Origin: Thermoplasmata archaeon
GTDB taxonomy: Archaea; Thermoplasmatota; Thermoplasmata; Lutacidiplasmatales; UBA184
Direction: 5' to 3'
NCBI GenBank assembly: GCA_028864975.1
Contig: JAGWLG010000024.1
Coordinates: forward strand, 1-52,970
Length of the DNA stretch: 52,970 nucleotides
The position numbers were made by a program, and so were the translations under genes. The notes under the pieces were generated by a model. It saw only the letters and a program-made list of their open reading frames with translations, was not told the DNA's origin and ran no database searches. Positions 18,311 through 25,248 of this stretch are shown one piece after another; position 1 is the first letter of the stretch; each line of letters starts with the position of its first letter.

Positions 18311-18418
18311 GGCCGGGATAGGGTAGTCTGGCCTATCCTGGGGGACTGTGGATCCCTCGACCCGGGTTCAAAGGACAGCGGGGACCACCCCCGCCGTCGG
18401 AGACTCTCGGTCCCGGCC
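18311..18418 (+). tRNA. tRNA-His(GUG) with encoded G-1 and a 32-nt intron (18373..18404) at position 59/60
   Basis: Acceptor stem GCCGGGA/TCCCGGC plus G-1:C73; D-arm GGGT-AGTCTGGCCTA-TCCT; anticodon arm GGGGA-CT GTG GA-TCCCT; T-stem CCGGG/CTCGG; removing 18373..18404 restores the T-loop TTCAAAT. Confidence 0.92.
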
Positions 18419-18525
18419 CTTCTCCCCCACTCGCGGGGGGCCGAGTCGAGGGGGGACCTCCCTTCTGGTCGGGACGTACCTTGGGGCCCGAGTCTCCCAA
18501 CCGATCTATGACACGGATGCCGGCC

Positions 18526-19656
18526 CTACGGCGAAGGACCTGAAGCCCCTGCAGGGGCTGTCGGTGCCGGCATTGGGGAGGGAGGGAACGCGGGCTGGGA
18601 GGAAGGCAAGTACCTCTTCCTCAGTCGGAAGAGGACGAGGAAGGCCGCTGCGAGAACTGCCCCCACCAAATAGTCCTGGAGGGCGAAGGTCACGACGAAG
18701 TCCCACGGAACGAGCCAGGAGAGAAGACCGAAGGCGAAGTACACCTTGTGAAGGGAGTTCCCGCTCCTCCCTGCCTCGCGGACGACGAGGAAGAGCGCCA
18801 CAAGTGCGCTACCGAGCTCTCCGGCAATGACGAGGAGAGGGAAGGAGAGGAGGTGGGGGGCCACGAGATAGAACAGCAACCAGGCGGAACCGAACGCGAT
18901 GCCCAGCCCCAGGAACCACCGGGGCGAGCGCCGAGGCAGAAGGGATCGGGGGTAGAGCCAGTCCCCCTTCGCGAACCGCGCAGCGATCACGAAGAGCGCC
19001 ATCACTCCCAGGAGGAACCCGAGGATCAGGTAGCCTTCGAAGTAGTTCGGGACGAACCCGAAGAAGCCCCAGATCACGGCGAACGTCAGGGCCCCCAGGG
19101 CCCACAGGAGCCCTCGATCCGTCAGGAACCGGTGGCCCCGGGTCTCGGGGTAGAGGAGCTCCACCAGAAGGATCGGCAGGGCGATGCTGAAGAGCGCATG
19201 GAAGAGTGCGATCACTACCGCAAAGACCCAGCTGACCCCGAGAAAATGGCCGTACGTGGCGAGGTAGCCCGCGGCGCTGCTGTGGGGATACACCATCGTC
19301 TTGGTGGCGATCCCCTCCTCGGCGATGCCGTAGGCGATCCCCAGCGGGAGCACCCCCGCCCAGCCGTTCTTCCACCGGAGGGCGAGGTCTCGGATGAGGA
19401 GCGACCCCGCACCGTAGAATCCCAGAAGGCCGAGCACCGCGACGGGGTTGATGAGGTTCCACACCGGGGTCGAGCCGGTGAGGAGCTCGGGGATGGTTAC
19501 CGCCAGGGTGACGAGGGTCAGCTGGGCACGGTTCTCGTGGGCCCAGGAGCGGAGCCGGTCCAGTCGCGAGCGAGCTTGGGGCGGCACCCCACCTGAACAC
19601 ATCGGGGGAGGCACGGAGGACGGGAGAGGGCTGGACGGAGCGAGGGTGCCCGACAT
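18526..19656 (-). CDS. Multi-pass membrane protein of unknown function
   Basis: About ten hydrophobic segments; conserved-looking PELLTGST and GIAYGIAEEG; GC3-rich codon usage. Confidence 0.8.
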   Translation of the reverse strand: MSGTLAPSSPLPSSVPPPMCSGGVPPQARSRLDRLRSWAHENRAQLTLVTLAVTIPELLTGSTPVWNLINPVAVLGLLGFYGAGSLLIRDLALRWKNGWAGVLPLGIAYGIAEEGIATKTMVYPHSSAAGYLATYGHFLGVSWVFAVVIALFHALFSIALPILLVELLYPETRGHRFLTDRGLLWALGALTFAVIWGFFGFVPNYFEGYLILGFLLGVMALFVIAARFAKGDWLYPRSLLPRRSPRWFLGLGIAFGSAWLLFYLVAPHLLSFPLLVIAGELGSALVALFLVVREAGRSGNSLHKVYFAFGLLSWLVPWDFVVTFALQDYLVGAVLAAAFLVLFRLRKRYLPSSQPAFPPSPMPAPTAPAGASGPSP

Positions 19657-19904
19657 ACGTGCGCACCGTGTGCGTGAAAAGCCTCGGAAGGGGTATTTGA
19701 ATGGCCCAGAACGAGAGTGCCGGGCTCATGGGCCCCTCCACCGCAGCTCAGTCGCGCGCGCTCTGCTCGCTCGCCCGGATTGGCTCGACGCGCCCCGCGG
19801 CGCTCCGCCCTGCCCCCCTCGTGGGCGGGCGAGAACCGATCCGCGCCACAGATGTCCCGGGTCGTGGGCACATTAATGGAGGGTGGACGCGATGGCCCTC
19901 GCTC

Positions 19905-22844
19905 ATGAGCGCAGCGATGCTCGGACGACCCGCCCCACGTCCTCGGCGCCCCGCCGCCTGTCGATCGGCCGCTGCTCTTTCTCTCCTGGTGCTGCTCCTC
20001 CTCTCCTCCGGTGGTGGCATCGGGGCCCCTACCCCGACCGTACGCGCGCCGACCGCGCATCCTTCCGTCTCTTCGCGGTCCCCTTCTGTCCCCTTCGCCG
20101 CACCGACCTGGGTCCAGCACGTCACCCGGGTCTCCCCTCCTCCCCTCGAGTACTCGGGGGTGACCTACGACCCGGTCGACGGATACGTCGTCCTGTTTGG
20201 AGGATGCAAGGCGCTGGTGGCGAACAATTGCGTCGCTCCTGCGAACGACACCTGGAGGTACCAAGGTGGGGTCTGGACCAACCTCTCGGAGAAGCTTCCT
20301 GCTCCCTCGCCCCGGTGGGGGGCGGGCTTCACCTGGGACACCTCCGACGGCTACGGGCTCCTCTTCGGCGGGGCCGGCACCGCGGGGTCCTACGCGGACA
20401 CCTGGACGTTCTTGGGGGGAAAGTGGACCAACGTCACCGCGACCGCCGGTACGCCCCCCACGGGACGGTCGGAGTTCGCGCTCTTCAACGACACGGTGGA
20501 CGGGTACGCGGTGCTGTGCTGTGGCGGGAGCAACGTGGGCAATCTGGGAGACACGTGGGAGTTCCACGGGGGGACCTGGGCCCCCCTTTCCGCGACAGTC
20601 CCGGTCCGGTGCTGCGTCCAGGGGGCGATGGACACCGCCGGCGGCCACGGGGTGATCTTCGGCGGCGGGAACAGGGGCGCGCTCGCCGATAGCTGGTTCT
20701 TCTCGGGGGGGAGCTGGACCTCCGGCCCGACCGGTCCCACGGGGGTCTGCTGTGCGGGCCTCGCCTACGACCCCGTCTACCGCTACGACCTGCTCTTCGG
20801 GGGAGGGAGCAACTCCGGACCCGTCGCGACCACTTGGACGCTCTCCGGCAGCACGTGGACGCCGCAGTCCCCTTCCGCCTCCCCCTCGGCCAGGGCGGAG
20901 GTCGCCGAGACGTTCGACGCGCGGGACGGGTACCTGATGCTCTATGGCGGCACCCCTTCGATCTCCGGCCCGATCGACAACGACACGTGGCTCTGGACCG
21001 CTCCCAACCCCCTGCTCCTCAACTCGCTCACGGCCACGCCCGACCCGGTCGACGTCACCGGCACGACTTGGATCAATGTCAGCGCCTCGGGAGGGTCCCC
21101 CAGCTACTCCTACGCCTACGCGGGGCTTCCCCCAGGCTGTACCTCTCGCAACTCCGCGAGCCTCTCTTGCGCGCCCTCGGTGGCCGGGACCTACTCGGTC
21201 TCCGTCTGGGTCAACGATACCGTGGGGAACTCGGTCCAAGGAGCTCTCCAGCTCTCTGTGGACCCGCTCCCCAGCATCGGCTCGTTCAGCGCATCCCCCG
21301 CTCCGGGCGAGGTCTCGGTCCCCGCGAACCTCACCGTCGCCGTCTCCGGTGGCTCCCCGCCCTTCCGCTACACCTATACCGGGCTCCCGGCCGGATGTGC
21401 TTCGTCGAACGCGTTCTCGCTCCCCTGCACGCCAACAGCCCCGGGCACCTTCAGCGTGGGAGTGACCGCGGCCGATGCGCAAGGGAAGGTGGCCGTGGGT
21501 TCGCTGACCTGGTCGGTGGATCCTCTCCCGTCCATCGTCGCGTTCATCGCGACCCCTTCTCCACAGGACCTGGGCCTTGTCGTGAACCTCACCACCACGA
21601 CCTCGGGGGGCACCGGACCGATGCACTACACCTACCTAGGGCTCCCGGCGGGCTGCTCCCCCCGGAACTCCGCGTCCCTCACCTGCGCTCCGGTCGCCAC
21701 GGGGACCTTCGCCGTGCAGGTGAACGCGACGGACATCTTCGCTCGATCCGCGTACGGGTTCCTGAACCTCACGGTCGGGCCCGACCTCTCCATGACCGCG
21801 TTCTCGGCCTCCCCCGTGGTGGTCGATGTCGGTGCGACCGTGGTGTTCCGCGAGTCGACCTCGGGCGGGGTCGCACCCATCTCGTACACGTACGGCGGGC
21901 TCCCACCCGGCTGTTCCTCGCGGAACCTGTCGACCGATCCCTGTACTCCTTCGGCGAGCGGGAACTTCACCGTCTTCGGCAACGCGACCGACCTACGGGG
22001 AGATCCCTCCTCTTCGTCGCTTCTTCTGACCGTCCACCGTGCGCTCGAGATCGGCGCGTTCCGTCCCCTCCGTCTTCCCTTGGACCAGGGCGACGTCCTC
22101 GGGCTGCTCGTCTCCACCTACGGCGGGACGGCTCCCTTCTCCTTCGCGTACTCCGGCCTCCCACCGGGCTGCCTCTCCTCCAACGCGTCCACCTTGAGCT
22201 GCACCCCGAGCACCTACGGCTCGTTCAACGTCACCGTCTCCGCCACGGACCCCGGAGGAGGCGCCGCGTCCGCGACCGTGAGCTTCTCGATCGCGGCCCC
22301 GTTGAAGGTGGTGAGCTTCGGGCCTACCCCATCGACGGTGGTCCTCGGAAACACGGTCCAGTTCGCGTTGGAGACCCTCGGAGGCTCCACCCCCCTCCGG
22401 ATCTCGTACCAAGGCCTTCCCCAAGGGTGCTCCTCGGCCAACAGCAGCTTCGTCATCTGCACGCCGACCGCCTCTGGGAGCACCACGGTCTCGGTCGCGG
22501 TGATCGACATGGCCGGCCACTCGGTCGAGACCAATGCCACGCTGGTCGTGCAGCCCATCCCCCCTGCGCCCGCTTCGAACGTCGCCACCCAGGAGGTGGG
22601 GCTTCCGCTGTGGGCGTGGGCCCTCCTCGTCGCGGTTGCCGTAACGATGCTGCTCGTGGGGTTCCTGCTCGGGCGTCGCCGCCGCGAGGGGAACGCCTCG
22701 GGAGCTCCGCCGGCCTCCTCCCTACCTGCGACAGCGGGCTCTCGACCTTCAGCGCCGCCGGGATCCGAGGGAACCACATGGGCCTCCGTCCCGCAGGAGG
22801 TTCCTGTGGAACCCGGCCCGCCCCCGGCTCCCCCGAGTGGATGA
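19905..22844 (+). CDS. Surface protein: six-bladed Kelch propeller, six Cys-containing PKD/Ig-like repeats, C-terminal TM
   Basis: Six repeats of YD...GY.LLFGG...DTW; six repeats Y.Y.GLP.GC.S....L.C.P; TM LWAWALLVAVAVTMLLVGFLLGRRRR; ATG 19905 lies about 30 nt after CATTAAT. Confidence 0.88.
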   Translation: MSAAMLGRPAPRPRRPAACRSAAALSLLVLLLLSSGGGIGAPTPTVRAPTAHPSVSSRSPSVPFAAPTWVQHVTRVSPPPLEYSGVTYDPVDGYVVLFGGCKALVANNCVAPANDTWRYQGGVWTNLSEKLPAPSPRWGAGFTWDTSDGYGLLFGGAGTAGSYADTWTFLGGKWTNVTATAGTPPTGRSEFALFNDTVDGYAVLCCGGSNVGNLGDTWEFHGGTWAPLSATVPVRCCVQGAMDTAGGHGVIFGGGNRGALADSWFFSGGSWTSGPTGPTGVCCAGLAYDPVYRYDLLFGGGSNSGPVATTWTLSGSTWTPQSPSASPSARAEVAETFDARDGYLMLYGGTPSISGPIDNDTWLWTAPNPLLLNSLTATPDPVDVTGTTWINVSASGGSPSYSYAYAGLPPGCTSRNSASLSCAPSVAGTYSVSVWVNDTVGNSVQGALQLSVDPLPSIGSFSASPAPGEVSVPANLTVAVSGGSPPFRYTYTGLPAGCASSNAFSLPCTPTAPGTFSVGVTAADAQGKVAVGSLTWSVDPLPSIVAFIATPSPQDLGLVVNLTTTTSGGTGPMHYTYLGLPAGCSPRNSASLTCAPVATGTFAVQVNATDIFARSAYGFLNLTVGPDLSMTAFSASPVVVDVGATVVFRESTSGGVAPISYTYGGLPPGCSSRNLSTDPCTPSASGNFTVFGNATDLRGDPSSSSLLLTVHRALEIGAFRPLRLPLDQGDVLGLLVSTYGGTAPFSFAYSGLPPGCLSSNASTLSCTPSTYGSFNVTVSATDPGGGAASATVSFSIAAPLKVVSFGPTPSTVVLGNTVQFALETLGGSTPLRISYQGLPQGCSSANSSFVICTPTASGSTTVSVAVIDMAGHSVETNATLVVQPIPPAPASNVATQEVGLPLWAWALLVAVAVTMLLVGFLLGRRRREGNASGAPPASSLPATAGSRPSAPPGSEGTTWASVPQEVPVEPGPPPAPPSG

Positions 22845-22863
22845 GGCCGGACCGGTCGCGGGT

Positions 22864-23865
22864 TCAGCTCTCCGCGGCTGCGCTCGGATCTTCTTCGCGC
22901 TTGCGAGGACGAGCCGCCGCTCTCGCCTCCTTCAGGAAGTCGTTGCGGTGGCGAGCCGACCGCGCCTCCTCTCGAAGGTGGTCGTCGCAGAGCAGCGTGT
23001 TCTTCCAGTGCCAGGTCGCGCGGTGCCGGCAGCTCGCGACGTTGCACTTCTTCTTCCCGACGTAGGTTGTGGCCCCTCCCTCGTAGACCCTTAGGTTCCT
23101 GCCGGGCCCCCGCCCGGTCAGGACCTTGGGGACCCTCGTGCCCGGTGCGGTCGCACGGGGGAAGAGCTCCTCCAAGACCTCCGGCACCCGGTCGAGATGG
23201 TAGTCCGCCCACGTCGCGCCCCATCGGCGCAGGTCCGCCGGGGAGATCGACCAGGAAGGAAGGAGGCAGGCGCGCCCCAGCAGGGTCACTCCCTTGACCT
23301 TGCGACCGGTCTCCATATCGAACTGGGAGTCTCCGACGAGCACCAGCGGGACGTGCGGCCACTTCTCGTGGAAGGCGCGGAGATGGGCGTCCTTGGTGCC
23401 TTGCTTCGCTCCACGTACCTCCTCGAAGAAGAACCCGAGCCCCTCCCGCTCGAGCAGCACTTCGGCCATCTCGCGCTCGGCCCCCGTGGAGATGACCAGC
23501 TTCCACCCCGCCTGGTCCAGGCGTTTGAGCAGCTTCGGCACCTCCGGAAAGAAGCTCGCGTGAGCGTAGGCGTTCTTCACCTTCAGCTCATGGAACTTGT
23601 TCGCGGCGTTCTGAAGCTCGAACGGGGTGGCCTCGGGGTAGAGCTCCCGGAGCTGGAGCTCGAAAGGCTTCCCGGTGGTACGGTAGTACTGCCGCGCCGC
23701 CTCCTCCCTCGAGGTCCCAAAGACCTCGTGGAGCACCTGGGACGCTGTCGTCCCGATCGGCCGCATGCTGTCGAGCAACGTCCCGTCCAGGTCGAAGGCC
23801 AGGACCCCCCGAGGGGAAGTGGGGGGGAGGCGCCCGCCTTTCGGCGGGTCCTTTTGGGAGGACAT
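22864..23865 (-). CDS. HAD-superfamily hydrolase with C-terminal Cys/His (putative Zn-binding) extension
   Basis: Motif I FDLDGTLLDS, motif II ISTG, motif III K (GTK), motif IV VGDSQFD; tail KCNVASC...LLCDDH. Confidence 0.88.
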   Translation of the reverse strand: MSSQKDPPKGGRLPPTSPRGVLAFDLDGTLLDSMRPIGTTASQVLHEVFGTSREEAARQYYRTTGKPFELQLRELYPEATPFELQNAANKFHELKVKNAYAHASFFPEVPKLLKRLDQAGWKLVISTGAEREMAEVLLEREGLGFFFEEVRGAKQGTKDAHLRAFHEKWPHVPLVLVGDSQFDMETGRKVKGVTLLGRACLLPSWSISPADLRRWGATWADYHLDRVPEVLEELFPRATAPGTRVPKVLTGRGPGRNLRVYEGGATTYVGKKKCNVASCRHRATWHWKNTLLCDDHLREEARSARHRNDFLKEARAAARPRKREEDPSAAAES

Positions 23866-23915
23866 GGGGGAGTGGTGGGTCGAGGTTACATATAATTCTG
23901 AGAGGTCCGTTCCAC

Positions 23916-25145
23916 GTGCATCCTTCAGAGGCCATACGCGGCCGGCGGTCCGAACTCCTGACCGGCCGTCGCATCGTGATCGGGATCTCGGGTTCCATCG
24001 CGGCCACCGAGACCCCCCGGATCGTCCGGGAGCTCGTCCGTCATGGGGCCCACGTGGAGGCGGTCATGACCAAGGACGCTCTGGGCATCATCACTGCCGA
24101 AGCGCTCCGTTTCGCGACAGGCTCCCCTCCCATGACCGAGATCACGGGAGATGTCGAGCACGTCCGCCACCTGGGGCGAGGACCCGGCCGAGCGGACCTC
24201 CTTCTGCTCGCCCCCGCGACGGCGAACACGCTCTCGAAGATCGCGCATGGGATCGACGACACCCCGGTCACGACCTTTGCTTCCATCGCGCTCGGAGGGG
24301 GCGTCCCGGTCCTCGTGGCCCCCGCTATGCACGAGGACATGACACGGAACCCCGCGGTGAGAGAGAACCTGCAGCGACTTGAGCAGATGGGCGTCCACTT
24401 CGTCCCGCCCGCGATGGAGGAAGGCGAAGCGAAGCTCGCCGCTCCCGAGACGGTCGCCGCCCACGTGTTGCACCTGCTCGCCCGAGGGCCCTGGAAGGGA
24501 CGGAAGGTTGTCGTCATCGGCGGGTCCACCTCCGAGCCCTTGGACGAGGTCCGCTCCCTCACGAACGAGGGGAGCGGGCGAGTGGCCCTCTCCCTGGTCA
24601 CCCAGGCTTTCTATCGCGGGGCCGAGGTCGAGGCGTGGCTGGGCCAGCTCCGGGTCCCGGTCCCGCCTTTCCTGGCACCTAAGCGGTTCACGACCCTCTC
24701 GGACCTGCGCGAGCTGATCAAAACGGAGTCCAAGTCCTTGAAGGAGGCCGACGCGGTCATGGTCCCGGCCGCGCTCTCCGACTTCACGCTCAAGAAGCAG
24801 GCCGGGAAGATCCCCTCGCTCCAGGAGAAGCTCATCCTCGAACTGACGAAGGCCGAGAAGGTCCTTCCGGAACTTCGACACCTGGTCCGCGCCCCCTCCT
24901 TGCTCGTGGGGTTCAAGCTCGAGGCGGGCCTCTCTCCGCGCGCGCTTCAGGAGCGGGCCTGGGTCTATCTTCAGGCGACCGGATGCGATGCGCTCGTCGC
25001 GAACAACCGCGAGAGCATGGGGGGGACGGCGGCCGAGGTCTACCTGGTCCGTCCCGAGGGGAAGGTGCACCCCTACTCCGGTCCAAAGGATGTGGTCGCC
25101 GGCCGCCTTCTCGATGACCTCGGGGAGAGCCTTCCGCCGAAGTAG
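23916..25145 (+). CDS. coaBC: Bifunctional phosphopantothenoylcysteine decarboxylase/ligase
   Basis: GISGSIAA, PATANTLSKIAHGIDD, APAMHEDM (CoaC); GGSTSEPLDEVRSLTNEGSG, AALSDF, LVGFKLE, LVANN (CoaB). Confidence 0.95.
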   Translation: MHPSEAIRGRRSELLTGRRIVIGISGSIAATETPRIVRELVRHGAHVEAVMTKDALGIITAEALRFATGSPPMTEITGDVEHVRHLGRGPGRADLLLLAPATANTLSKIAHGIDDTPVTTFASIALGGGVPVLVAPAMHEDMTRNPAVRENLQRLEQMGVHFVPPAMEEGEAKLAAPETVAAHVLHLLARGPWKGRKVVVIGGSTSEPLDEVRSLTNEGSGRVALSLVTQAFYRGAEVEAWLGQLRVPVPPFLAPKRFTTLSDLRELIKTESKSLKEADAVMVPAALSDFTLKKQAGKIPSLQEKLILELTKAEKVLPELRHLVRAPSLLVGFKLEAGLSPRALQERAWVYLQATGCDALVANNRESMGGTAAEVYLVRPEGKVHPYSGPKDVVAGRLLDDLGESLPPK

Positions 25146-25248
25146 CGGCCCGGGCCGTCTCCCGTGTCGTCGAGGACGGGGCGCAGATCCTCGTAGCAGG
25201 GAGAGCAATCGGCATACGTCACCGCCCTCAGCACTCCGGCATCCGACC

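Noticed and set aside
18405-18420. Possible integrative element using the tRNA-His 3' end as an att site
   Set aside because: I found no second copy of the tRNA 3' end and no integrase in the window.
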